Below, piece after piece: positions 39,428 to 48,621 of a stretch of 64,000 bases of DNA. The stretch spans positions 1-64,000 of the IMG/VR virus record IMGVR_UViG_3300008050_000035, one strand, 5' to 3'. Source of the stretch: an uncultured virus (IMG/VR IMGVR_UViG_3300008050_000035). Taxonomy: Duplodnaviria > Heunggongvirae > Uroviricota > Caudoviricetes. Both the position numbers and the translations under genes were made by a program. The notes beneath the pieces were generated by a model. The model did no database searches, was not told the origin of the DNA, and saw only the letters and a list, made by a program, of their open reading frames with translations. Numbering within the stretch: position 1 is the first letter of the stretch; each line of letters opens with the position of its first letter.

Positions 39428-40218
39428 CAGAATCCTCTCCCAGTGCCAGAATTAATTTGCGCTTGTGACGCTGGCACCCAAGCGTCACCAGCCTGAACGT
39501 GAAATCGATCTTCTTTGGGAATTAAAGCTTCATAAAGCTTCCTTTCTGATCGAAGATTGTCAAGGTAGGCCATCTCCTCTGCAGAAATGCCTCGATTTGT
39601 ATATAAGCTGAAAGGCTTAAAATCACAAGCGATAAAACTGAAAGTCATTTCAGTCACAATATCATTAACACTAGTGACTTGACCTTCATCAATAAATTCC
39701 ACACCTTGAAGCATCCATCCTGCACCATCAGGAGTTTCCCCTTTGCTCTCATCATACAAAGGAGATACCTCACTAACATACTGAATGGCTAAATTAAAAG
39801 GCCGAAGAAGAACGGCAAGACGATTTGTATAATCATAGTTGTTAAGGAAGCTGCCAGTGCCAACCATATGTCGATCAATAGACCAGCCAAGTGGGTCTTG
39901 AGTTCCGTATATCGACGCATAAGCATTCATCAACTCTCGAAGAGGGTGATCGTTTATAACTGTCATAATAATACTTCCAGCAATAGTGCGAACGCCACGC
40001 GCAAGACCTTTTATGCCTCTGTGCCCAAGAGCTCTTACCTGACCTTTGGCTTCATGAACAGAAACACTTACAGTGTGCACAGATTGAAGATGAATCAACT
40101 CTTCGGGTGCGTCAGGGAACCAAGCAAACGTATCTGCATCTGCACCAGAGTAACTGTACAGATATTTACTGTTCCGTCCTGGAGGATTGTAGCTAGGCAA
40201 TGGACTAGAAAGGGACAT
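39427..40218 (-). CDS. Tail-tube-fold protein (tube paralogue 2)
   Basis: YSYSGAD, VSVSVHEAKGQVRALG, RGVRTIAGSII and GVEFIDEG...TFSFIACD align with the tube protein. Confidence 0.7.
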   Translation of the reverse strand: MSLSSPLPSYNPPGRNSKYLYSYSGADADTFAWFPDAPEELIHLQSVHTVSVSVHEAKGQVRALGHRGIKGLARGVRTIAGSIIMTVINDHPLRELMNAYASIYGTQDPLGWSIDRHMVGTGSFLNNYDYTNRLAVLLRPFNLAIQYVSEVSPLYDESKGETPDGAGWMLQGVEFIDEGQVTSVNDIVTEMTFSFIACDFKPFSLYTNRGISAEEMAYLDNLRSERKLYEALIPKEDRFHVQAGDAWVPASQAQINSGTGRGF

Positions 40219-40232
40219 ATAGTGATCTCCTT

Positions 40233-40273
40233 AAAAAGAAAGTGGCCAGGCCTCCCCGATGAGACCTGACCAC
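40233..40273 (-). terminator. Intrinsic terminator after the tail tube gene
   Basis: Minus strand GTGGTCAGGTCTC-ATCGGG-GAGGCCTGGCCAC forms a 13-bp stem with two G-U pairs, followed by TTTCTTTTT. Confidence 0.8.
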
Positions 40274-40303
40274 AGTATAGCAGGTAGGTGCTATATTGAG
40301 CTA

Positions 40304-40978
40304 TCAAGTACCATCGGCACTTGAGAAAGCATTACTAAGGTGACCGTCAGAACCAATGTCCCAGCTGCCCATTCTCTGCCAAGGCAGAATAGTACGACAG
40401 ACATAAGTCATTTGGTTCTCGATTACCATATCATCAATACTGAAACCGGAACCTTCGTTCAGAATCTCAACGCCATAAATGCGCATTTGAGCAGCATTTC
40501 CATACTCGTTTGCTGCCACAATCACCACATCGAATGGAGGTAGTTGATCAACATACCAGGCTTGATTAGCCGTGTATGAAGCAGAAACATCACTTGCGCT
40601 AAACGCAGTGGAGTCTAGTTCGTCAAGATTTAAATCAGTGATATTGTCATTCAAAGCGCCGCCATTGGCGACGTTGCTAACGCTTGGGTAGATCTCATCA
40701 TTATCTAGAATGACGCGCATAGCCGAAAACGGTCCATCCGTATCAAAAAGAATATGTTGGTCTAGCATGAGGGTGATTATGGTACCTGCGATACCGCGCT
40801 TGCCACGGGAAAACGAGAGAGGGTCAACTCGGCCCATCACGTAGATGGGCGCCTTCTCACGCTGAACAGCGTAAGAAATTGCCTGAAGCTGACCTATCGA
40901 CACGCCTCCGATAACTGCACGGATATCCACTCCAGAAAAACTGGTGTAGGTACGACTAAGCTCTAGTGATGTAGCCAT
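40304..40978 (-). CDS. Major tail tube protein
   Basis: 224 aa directly after the sheath with an AGGAG ribosome-binding site and followed by a terminator. Motifs YTSFSGVDI, REKAPIYVMG, RGKRGIAGT and IYGVEILNEG. Confidence 0.85.
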   Translation of the reverse strand: MATSLELSRTYTSFSGVDIRAVIGGVSIGQLQAISYAVQREKAPIYVMGRVDPLSFSRGKRGIAGTIITLMLDQHILFDTDGPFSAMRVILDNDEIYPSVSNVANGGALNDNITDLNLDELDSTAFSASDVSASYTANQAWYVDQLPPFDVVIVAANEYGNAAQMRIYGVEILNEGSGFSIDDMVIENQMTYVCRTILPWQRMGSWDIGSDGHLSNAFSSADGT

Positions 40979-40997
40979 TATTGTCTCCTAATTGGAA

Positions 40998-43385
40998 TCA
41001 GAGTTCGCTCTCATCCGCCGCGAGAGAAGTCTCTACGGTAATGGATTCGATGCTGAACGGTGGAACCATGCGCAGCTTGATAGTCAAGCGACCCATGATT
41101 CTATCTTCTCTGGTGTACTCAATCCTACTAGTAGCACCTTGATGCATGCCAGCTGTACGTTCCGAAACAATAAACCCATCAATCGCCGCCTGAAGAGAAG
41201 CAAGATTTTGCGCACTGAATGCCTTGCCAATATAAGGCCTTGCAAGCGCACGAATGCCAGTAAGCATTCGGTTTACAGATCGAATAGTACTAAGACGAGT
41301 ATAGTCAGAGTCTGGATGAGCAACGTTCTTCGCAGTAGTGAAGATCAGAGTCCCAGAAGTATCACGACGAATGCCAATGATACGTACTTGTGCCAGATCA
41401 TTAATCTGGGTGCTGTGAACACGAGTAGGTTTCTGAACTTTTACAACCGTACCGTTCAAGCCAATTGGCTCTTCGTTTTCCGGCATGCCAGCAACTTTAC
41501 CCAAAAAGGTAGCTGCGACAGAACCACGGTAAGAAGTTCCACCATCATATCCGTTAGTCAAAATAGGCCAGTCGTAAGTAACAAAGAGGTGACGACCGAT
41601 ATCAACTACCGCTCCACCACTATCTTCGCGCTCATCAGCATCATTGATGCCATATGGCCAGTCGTTGCCATTCGGAAGGCTCGCGCCTTCAGTAAGGATG
41701 AAACCACCATATGCGTAACCGTCAGTAGTGTTGCCATTGTCTACCTGACCAGAACGATAACCATCACTAGTTACGCTCTCGCCAGAAATTAGGCGATGAC
41801 CTAAAACACCAGAACCATTCTCTGAAGGGCTGTCAATGTAGACATCTGTGCCGTCATCAGTAAATTCAGGAAGAACGCCAATCCAGTTCGCAATCTTTGC
41901 ACGGGAATAGCCACTTGATGGCTCCTTAAAAGAAATTGCGCTGATGATTTGTGCCCAGTTGGTGCTAGCCACATGACAGAAAGTTGCAAGCTGATGTCCA
42001 AAGTTATCTTCACGAAGTTCAGAATCTTCACCTGCGGTAAATGCGGTGCTAACTGCAGTTGGAATACTGTCACCAGTAAGGTCCGCATGAGTCAAAATCG
42101 CACCACCTGTGCCACTAGCAAGATTGGCCTTTGCAACAGTAACGATCGCAGTAGCTGCATCACCACCAGAAGCTAAAAGCAGTGTGCTTGCAAGCACACC
42201 AGAACGAAGAGTTTTCAGTGCTAGCGCTGCATTGATTTGAATGACTGCTTCATCAGTAAACTCAGTACCATCATCGGTAACAAGAATATCAATTCCAAAG
42301 TCAGTCTCAGTAATTGTGACGGTCGGCCCAGCCGAACCAGTAGCATCAATCTCAACAGTTACACCATTGCCACCCTTGCCAGTCTTAAGAGCAGTAACGA
42401 CAAGATCGGTATTCAGGGTTAAAGTTGCCGCAACTGGTGTTGCTGTAACACCAGTGAAGTAATCTTCACAATCAGACATGTAGGTGTAGATGCTGCCTTT
42501 GTGGCGCAATTGCCAAACATAACCAAGTGCATCTTCAGCAGATCCTGCCTCGGGAATACCTTTCCAGTAGTAACCATACTTTTCAGCATCAGTACTACCA
42601 GTGCCCGCATAGGTTTTGTTAGTGTCATCACGAATATTATCATCGTCAACGAATACGTCAGTAGGAATAATCATATCCCCATCGCGATAATCAAGAAGAT
42701 GATAAGTGCTAGAAAGAGCAGCATAGCGTTCAGCGCGACTAACGGTCTGACCATCAGTGCCTTCAGTTGCAACAGCAGTGCTTGCAGTGGCAGTTCCGTC
42801 TTCAGACAGATCACCATCAGTGATTAAGCCGGCAAGATCAGCAGTTTCAACAGAGTCAAGTGTGCTAGCGTTTGTAAGATCATCCTTGTCAAACAAAGTG
42901 AATAGATCGATACCAGAATCTTCAACAGTAACAACACCCTCGTCAAGGACAAGGATTTCGCTAGAGTCATAGACCCAAGCTTCATCAGTTGAATCGTAAA
43001 CCATATATCGATTGTTAGAACTGTCATTCTCAATGAACAGCTTATAGCGACCAAGAATATCGTCATCACGATATTCAGGTGTAATGGTCAGCGTGGCAGA
43101 ATTGGAATCAGTAAAGACCCAAACTCCTTGCTGTCCACCACTGCGAATAATAGCCAGGTTGTCAGCGCCCTGGGCAACAGCCTCGTGTACAAACTTCAGA
43201 ACTTCAGTACTAGTACCAAATTCTGCTTCTGCAAGAGCTACATTGGTAATAGTAAATACTTCGTTGGTGAGACCAGACTCGGCTGGACCAACAACTAAAA
43301 TTCTGGGCTGCGAAGATGCATTCGGAATCTTGAACGCACCGTCGAGGTATGTCGCCTTGACGCCAGGAATACTCTCGTAAGGCAT
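40998..43385 (-). CDS. Contractile tail sheath protein
   Basis: 795 aa. N-terminal IPGVKATYLDG...ILVVGPAESG...AEAEFG; C-terminal SDYTRLSTIR...YIGK...LTIKLRMVPPFSIESITVETSL. Confidence 0.92.
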   Translation of the reverse strand: MPYESIPGVKATYLDGAFKIPNASSQPRILVVGPAESGLTNEVFTITNVALAEAEFGTSTEVLKFVHEAVAQGADNLAIIRSGGQQGVWVFTDSNSATLTITPEYRDDDILGRYKLFIENDSSNNRYMVYDSTDEAWVYDSSEILVLDEGVVTVEDSGIDLFTLFDKDDLTNASTLDSVETADLAGLITDGDLSEDGTATASTAVATEGTDGQTVSRAERYAALSSTYHLLDYRDGDMIIPTDVFVDDDNIRDDTNKTYAGTGSTDAEKYGYYWKGIPEAGSAEDALGYVWQLRHKGSIYTYMSDCEDYFTGVTATPVAATLTLNTDLVVTALKTGKGGNGVTVEIDATGSAGPTVTITETDFGIDILVTDDGTEFTDEAVIQINAALALKTLRSGVLASTLLLASGGDAATAIVTVAKANLASGTGGAILTHADLTGDSIPTAVSTAFTAGEDSELREDNFGHQLATFCHVASTNWAQIISAISFKEPSSGYSRAKIANWIGVLPEFTDDGTDVYIDSPSENGSGVLGHRLISGESVTSDGYRSGQVDNGNTTDGYAYGGFILTEGASLPNGNDWPYGINDADEREDSGGAVVDIGRHLFVTYDWPILTNGYDGGTSYRGSVAATFLGKVAGMPENEEPIGLNGTVVKVQKPTRVHSTQINDLAQVRIIGIRRDTSGTLIFTTAKNVAHPDSDYTRLSTIRSVNRMLTGIRALARPYIGKAFSAQNLASLQAAIDGFIVSERTAGMHQGATSRIEYTREDRIMGRLTIKLRMVPPFSIESITVETSLAADESEL

Positions 43386-43391
43386 TGGAAA

Positions 43392-43398
43392 ACCTCCT
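43392..43398 (-). promoter_or_regulatory. Strong Shine-Dalgarno (AGGAGGT) of the sheath gene
   Basis: AGGAGGT lies 6 nt upstream of the ATG at 43385. Similar GGAG(G) sites precede most genes that do not overlap their neighbour. Confidence 0.8.
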
Positions 43399-43406
43399 GT
43401 TAGGGT

Positions 43407-44183
43407 TTAGTAGTTATTCAATTGGCTGGAAGATACACTTCCAGCATTAAGGGTAATGTGTTTAATCACAGATTCTGCCTTTACTCTGAACTCGTAAGTT
43501 CTGACAAAGACTCTAATTGGTCGAACATAAAGATGCTGTCCACTCGGGTTAGTGTACCAGTCAGACATGCGTTCTTGAAAGCGGAAACGGTCGGTTCCCT
43601 GCGCCAAAAAAGCCCAACTGTGGTTTACAAAAAGCCTTTCCAGCCAGATGGCTCTGCGATTTGCAAGCCGTGCACTCTTAGACCAGCATTGAAATTCAAC
43701 AACATGATCAAGAGGGCGTGACTCTACTTCTAAAAATTTATTTGGATGTTTTGGAGAGCGGATCTGGTAGTAGTGAGTAAAACCTTGCTGTTGTCGACCA
43801 GTAGCCTTAGCATTCATGGAACCTGGTTTTCGACTAATCAACTTCCAAGCAACGACCTCTTCACCAAATCTATCTATTCTCTCAGCTGGATAGTCTTCGA
43901 TAAGAGCGACTTGCTGAGTAGATATAACACCTTCTCTATGCTGTGCGTCTTCAATTAGTTCTGCGGCAATTCTAATGAATTTATCTAAATCCATTAGAGA
44001 GTTGTTAGGCAGGAACCTGCGCACATCAAAGCCAAACGGGTTGTCAAGCTTGGTGGGAGTTTCGTAACCATCAGGATCGCTAGATCCATAATCCAATGAC
44101 ACAACGGTACTGAACCCACTCTCTTCCAAAAGAGCAGAACTCACTTCTTCTACGATTCTACTGGTAGTGCTACTAAGGCTCAT
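43407..44183 (-). CDS. Tail terminator / tail completion protein
   Basis: 258 aa immediately upstream of the sheath. DHVVEFQCWSKSARLANRRAIWLE resembles the tail-terminator strand-helix motif. Confidence 0.6.
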   Translation of the reverse strand: MSLSSTTSRIVEEVSSALLEESGFSTVVSLDYGSSDPDGYETPTKLDNPFGFDVRRFLPNNSLMDLDKFIRIAAELIEDAQHREGVISTQQVALIEDYPAERIDRFGEEVVAWKLISRKPGSMNAKATGRQQQGFTHYYQIRSPKHPNKFLEVESRPLDHVVEFQCWSKSARLANRRAIWLERLFVNHSWAFLAQGTDRFRFQERMSDWYTNPSGQHLYVRPIRVFVRTYEFRVKAESVIKHITLNAGSVSSSQLNNY

Positions 44184-44779
44184 TGTGGGTTGTCCGTTCT
44201 GATCGCATCGGCTTCTTTACAAAAAGCAGCAATAAACTCTACGCGACCATTATCAGATCGACGCTTAGCAAGCGTTTGCGGTTTGTAAATTGCTTCTCGA
44301 ACATATGGTAGCTCAACCTCACCTTCTGTATCAAGTACAACTTCTACAATCTTGTCTCCATACTGTATGTTTGTGTCATACCGAAAGAAAAAGATTTTGT
44401 AATCTGTTCTCATCTCACCTGGCGGCATGCGGAGAAATCTTTTTACAAATCCTCCATCAGAGCCAGCGTACATCCAGAAGGCCCAAGCCCAGCTTTCATC
44501 CCAAAGATAGCCTTCACCATAACAGTAGCTGCAATCAGGGTCAGCTTCAACAGTTGTTTGATTGTCAGAACATTTGCAGCGAGTTGGATATCCATCGCTA
44601 TTTCGGCGCATATTGCGAATAAGTAAAAGATTCCCATGACGTGGGCCACCATCCTCCCCATAGAGGATGGCATCCATCTCTTCTCGAAGGTCAACCTCAG
44701 TACCAAGAGTGCTGAGGCTATGCACTGAACGCACAGTAGTGTTTCTGGTGTTACCAAACATTGAAGGTCGTCTACTCAT
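44180..44779 (-). CDS. Neck / head-closure protein with a CxC...CxxCxGxG zinc-finger-like insert
   Basis: 199 aa. RCKC...DCSYCYGEGY, and C-terminal YGDKIVE...RSDNGRVEF; lies between the adaptor and the terminator. Confidence 0.6.
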   Translation of the reverse strand: MSRRPSMFGNTRNTTVRSVHSLSTLGTEVDLREEMDAILYGEDGGPRHGNLLLIRNMRRNSDGYPTRCKCSDNQTTVEADPDCSYCYGEGYLWDESWAWAFWMYAGSDGGFVKRFLRMPPGEMRTDYKIFFFRYDTNIQYGDKIVEVVLDTEGEVELPYVREAIYKPQTLAKRRSDNGRVEFIAAFCKEADAIRTDNPQ

Positions 44780-45849
44780 GTATTGCCTCTGAATGGCTGC
44801 CTATATCCAAGGCCGCGAAGTCGACCTGTATGAAAACCAAAACGGCCTCGTCGCCTACTAGAGCTTCTGACTTTCTTATTCGCACCTGGTTGTGGATACG
44901 AGTAACAATCGGGATTTTCCCACAGGCGACCAGTAATTCGTCTATCCGGATCATATGTGCCCTTTACAGCCATCGTAGGAGCAAAGCCTTGTCCAGGGAC
45001 AATATTGCCACCAGCATTTACGACCCTCCACCACTCTTCTCTTTTTTCTCGAACATAATCGTAAATTCCATCTGGAATTTCATCATTGCTTTTACCATCA
45101 GTTATTTTCAGGTCACCAAGAGCTTTTTTCTTTCCAGTAGTTGCACCAGCCTGAGATCCGTGACCTGGAATGTTGATGCAACGCCAAACCGTATCAAAGA
45201 CCACAAACTTAGTACGAGCAAGCTGAATGTTGCCCCAACTGCGAGTGTCAGCGCCATGAACAAAATCAGCTTCTTTGCTGCTGATGTGTGCCATCAGCGC
45301 CAAGGTACTATCTGGAATGTAATCAATCCATCGCCCCATCTCTAGTCGAATCAAATCTGGAGAAGCATAAAGCGGAGCATACGTAGTTGCATACCCTAGT
45401 GTTGTGGCAGCAAGATACTCATCGCCATCCAAATTAGTAATACTGTCATCAAGCTGGATAACAACAAGCTGGTTGTTACTTAAATTCTGAGCAGTAGCGT
45501 TAAATCCTCGAGTAACATCAAATTCAAAAACTTCATAATCATCAGCACTGTTGATGGCACCTACCCAAAGATCATGCCATCTACCAGCGTCTGCAGCGTC
45601 GGGAACAGTGTAAGTGTAGGTGTAATAGCCTGTGGACAACTGTGTGGCCGTTAGAGGCCCAGCTAGAGCGCTTGTGTACACCTGCGCGTCAGCTTCTTCT
45701 TCAATATCTGAAGATTCCACATCTTCATCATAGATGTAAATTACAGGAGTGCTATCTGGGTTAACCAAGCACCCTGCATCATCAGTAAAAACGGCGCGCA
45801 GAATAATCTGACTGCCAGCTACAACTGCGCCTCTATGTTGATAAGACAT
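44776..45849 (-). CDS. Head-tail adaptor-like protein with N-terminal Ig-like domain and Arg-rich tail
   Basis: 357 aa. N-terminal beta sandwich (STGYYTYTYTVP...GRWHDLW); C-terminal LYASPDLIR...KKALGDLKI resembles gp15/gp6-type adaptors. Confidence 0.55.
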   Translation of the reverse strand: MSYQHRGAVVAGSQIILRAVFTDDAGCLVNPDSTPVIYIYDEDVESSDIEEEADAQVYTSALAGPLTATQLSTGYYTYTYTVPDAADAGRWHDLWVGAINSADDYEVFEFDVTRGFNATAQNLSNNQLVVIQLDDSITNLDGDEYLAATTLGYATTYAPLYASPDLIRLEMGRWIDYIPDSTLALMAHISSKEADFVHGADTRSWGNIQLARTKFVVFDTVWRCINIPGHGSQAGATTGKKKALGDLKITDGKSNDEIPDGIYDYVREKREEWWRVVNAGGNIVPGQGFAPTMAVKGTYDPDRRITGRLWENPDCYSYPQPGANKKVRSSSRRRGRFGFHTGRLRGLGYRQPFRGNT

Positions 45850-45856
45850 CTATACC

Positions 45857-46975
45857 TCAGTATCTAATAGTCAATGTATCACCTGAAACCGTCAGGCTTT
45901 TCTCAAGCTCTAGCGGCTCAAACGTGCCGCCGTAGTAGCCTTCTACAGGATACTTCCATATGGTAACAGAATCATCGGTTATTGTAGCTGGATCCAAATC
46001 ATCAGTAAAAACAACTGTAATGACTCTTTTGTCTGGATTTACATTGTACGATCCATCCAGCGGTGTCATGTAATCAACTTGGAAAGGAGTGCTCACGCTA
46101 GGCAGAACAGTAGAGGGAGGGCTGCTACTGGCTGGTGTACTAGGGCTGTCCGGTGCCTCTGTATAGCTACCATCATTCGTAGTAAAAGTTACAGAAGTGC
46201 TGGTAGCCATCCTTTCAATAGGCTCTACATTGACTGTCCAGCTATCACCAACCTGGAAATCAGATCCAGTAAACCGAACCTGAAGGCCTTCATCTAGAGT
46301 TCTGTATCTACGATTAGTAATGCGACCAGTAACAGCACTACCAGAGCCGGCGCTATCCCAATACCACTTGTACTCTGCAGTGCCAATATTGCCTGCAGTA
46401 GTGATCTCAACAACCATAATGTCAGCAGAAACACCTTCGTAGGTCCCGTACAGTGCAACAGCACCAGAGCCGACATTGCCTACATCCGCTTCCACATCGA
46501 AAAGCGTTCGAGCACTGACTCCAGTGTCAGTACTATCAGGGTCTCCATTGACATAAAGAATGTACTCTGTGTCAGCAGCTAAAGTAGCTGCAAATTTTGG
46601 ATCAACAGTTATCTTAACTTTATGTCCGTAACTGCCAGAAGTTTCGTCAGTTTCAGATGTAACGGTTCCGGCGTCAACTTCTGCATACGTGACAGTGTCG
46701 GTAGTATCCCAGTAAACTAATTCAAACTTGACGGGCACCAAGCCTTTGAAGCCTGGAGAACTAAGAAAATATTTGTTATTGCCGGTATCCTCATCAATCC
46801 AGATAGCGTTATCAGGACCGCTGGTTTGGTCACTGTCACTTCCGAAAAGAACAATAGAATCAGAAACAGATTTCAGGTCAACACCCCGGTCGAAATAAAC
46901 CTCAAGGGTTTCACCAACAGGAATTCCAGAATCTCCATCAGCAGGATAAACCCGCACAATAGAAGGGGTAGACAT
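45857..46975 (-). CDS. Ig-like (Big_5/SbsA-type) domain virion protein
   Basis: PSIVRVYPADGDSGIPVGETLEVYFDRGVD and FQVDYMTPLDGSYNVNPDKRVITVVFTDDLDPATI are two Big_5-type domain starts, separated by a P/S linker. Confidence 0.75.
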   Translation of the reverse strand: MSTPSIVRVYPADGDSGIPVGETLEVYFDRGVDLKSVSDSIVLFGSDSDQTSGPDNAIWIDEDTGNNKYFLSSPGFKGLVPVKFELVYWDTTDTVTYAEVDAGTVTSETDETSGSYGHKVKITVDPKFAATLAADTEYILYVNGDPDSTDTGVSARTLFDVEADVGNVGSGAVALYGTYEGVSADIMVVEITTAGNIGTAEYKWYWDSAGSGSAVTGRITNRRYRTLDEGLQVRFTGSDFQVGDSWTVNVEPIERMATSTSVTFTTNDGSYTEAPDSPSTPASSSPPSTVLPSVSTPFQVDYMTPLDGSYNVNPDKRVITVVFTDDLDPATITDDSVTIWKYPVEGYYGGTFEPLELEKSLTVSGDTLTIRY

Positions 46976-46978
46976 GTA

Positions 46979-47200
46979 TCACTCTCCAGACAGTATTAGT
47001 GCAGTTTCTGCTTTTAGCTTCTCTAGCTGCATGACATTTGGATCACGGCTAGCTGCAAGATCTATATATCCTAAAGAAACAGCAACCTGCTCCTCTCCTT
47101 CTTCGTCTTTTGCATTTGCCCACTCTGCTGAAGGTGGCATAGGCGCAACGGTTCTGCCCACCATATCCCAATCTTCAACAACATCCTTAAACCAACTCAT
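46979..47200 (-). CDS. Hypothetical acidic protein (73 aa)
   Basis: Has an AAGGAG ribosome-binding site and fills the gap between the capsid hairpin and the Ig protein. Confidence 0.6.
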   Translation of the reverse strand: MSWFKDVVEDWDMVGRTVAPMPPSAEWANAKDEEGEEQVAVSLGYIDLAASRDPNVMQLEKLKAETALILSGE

Positions 47201-47244
47201 AGAAAATCTCCTTTGAGTCTATTGTACACGACTATACGAACGAA

Positions 47245-47270
47245 GGGGAGTCCTCATAAGAGGACTCCCC
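47245..47270 (-). terminator. Perfect hairpin after the major capsid gene (terminator or mRNA-stabilising structure)
   Basis: Minus strand GGGGAGTCCTC-TTAT-GAGGACTCCCC forms an 11-bp perfect stem, followed by an imperfect T tract (TTCGTTCGTAT). Confidence 0.7.
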
Positions 47271-47302
47271 AAATTTAGTCGTTTAGAACTCTAAGCAGTC
47301 GC

Positions 47303-48607
47303 TCAGAGTACGTCTGCGGTTGGAGAGATCTCGCTATCTACATCCATAGAATGTACAGATACGGTTCCATCCCAATAGTTGCGTGCAAGTTTGACGTTCT
47401 TCATTACGCCTACACCCTGACCTTCATGAGCAACAGCAAAGCCATAACGTTCACGAAGCTTGATCTTCACCACATCTACATTTTCATCACGCCATTCCAC
47501 TTGAGTGAGTTCTTCATCAACAAGATGGAAACCAATGTTGCCACTGCTAAGAAGATAAATATCACCAAGTTGGGTAGCTGCATCAAACGGTACAAGTGGG
47601 CTGACGATAACACGGAACGGCCATGGGAAATACCCTGGAACACTCATTGCGGAAGTCATACCATGTTCGCGACCGGAAATACCGGTTGCAGTAGCGCCAG
47701 CAGCATTTCCACTAGCATTGATCTTGTTGCCAAGAGATGGGCCTTGAGCACCCATGGAGCCATTAGACCATGGGTCTAGTGGGCCAGGATTACCAGAGAA
47801 CTTCTCAAAGTAACTTCCACCACCATGCGCAAGCATCATGTTGCGCATAACTGGATCTTGTAAGAATTGATAGAAGAAGAGTGGGTTAACTAGAAGTATG
47901 TCAGGCTGGAATCCCTCTTCAGCCATGTGTGCCAGAGCCTTAAAGAGGTCATCTACAGCAAGCGAACCGTTAGGTTGCATATCTAGACCGCGACCGGTAC
48001 AAACACCAAACATGCTGGTAGTAGGCGAACTGTTGTTGAACAGTTCGGTGCCAAGCTCCCGAAGGAAACTCATGGCTTTTTGTTCTTTGTGTCGCACGAG
48101 TGCAGCACCCATCAGACGAAGATTCATCGCCATGATGTCCCAGGTGCTGTAGCGAAGCGCTTCGTCAGTAAACGAAGCTGCAAGACCGGACTTGCCGATC
48201 CATGCAGTTTGCAGTGCGCCACCGAGCTGGAACATATTTTCTGGGTACGTACCGTGCTCTGCGATATCACCAGCGGTGATTGCGCCAACGGCACCAGCAA
48301 GAACTTGAGTGCTAAGGCCTTTGGCCATTACTCGGGTAAATAACCCGGTAATAACCATAAGCGGCTCAACAGGCTCGCGAATCAGCACTTCCATAGAAGA
48401 CTGAAGTATTGGTCGAATATTAGGAGTGCCCACAGCATCATTTTGATGACGCGGTGAAAGCATCTTGTACATATCTTCCCACTCCATCTCAACGCCTTCG
48501 TCTTCTACGCGACCTTGAGTACGAAACAGATCAGCAACAAAGCGAGTCTGAGCCTTCTTGCTAGAAGGAAGATCAATGCTACGGCCGTCTTTGAGTTCGA
48601 ATTTCAT
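47303..48607 (-). CDS. Major capsid protein (HK97 fold)
   Basis: 434 aa. IGKSGLAASFTDEALRYSTWDIM...MGAALVRHKEQKA, PDILLVNP and IKLRERYGFAV; position after the protease and decoration genes. Confidence 0.92.
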   Translation of the reverse strand: MKFELKDGRSIDLPSSKKAQTRFVADLFRTQGRVEDEGVEMEWEDMYKMLSPRHQNDAVGTPNIRPILQSSMEVLIREPVEPLMVITGLFTRVMAKGLSTQVLAGAVGAITAGDIAEHGTYPENMFQLGGALQTAWIGKSGLAASFTDEALRYSTWDIMAMNLRLMGAALVRHKEQKAMSFLRELGTELFNNSSPTTSMFGVCTGRGLDMQPNGSLAVDDLFKALAHMAEEGFQPDILLVNPLFFYQFLQDPVMRNMMLAHGGGSYFEKFSGNPGPLDPWSNGSMGAQGPSLGNKINASGNAAGATATGISGREHGMTSAMSVPGYFPWPFRVIVSPLVPFDAATQLGDIYLLSSGNIGFHLVDEELTQVEWRDENVDVVKIKLRERYGFAVAHEGQGVGVMKNVKLARNYWDGTVSVHSMDVDSEISPTADVL

Positions 48608-48621
48608 CGTTGACTCCTTTT

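Noticed and set aside
40992..41792. 266-aa plus-strand ORF
   Set aside because: It is antisense to the conserved C-terminal domain of the sheath, with no ribosome-binding site or recognisable motif; a shadow ORF.
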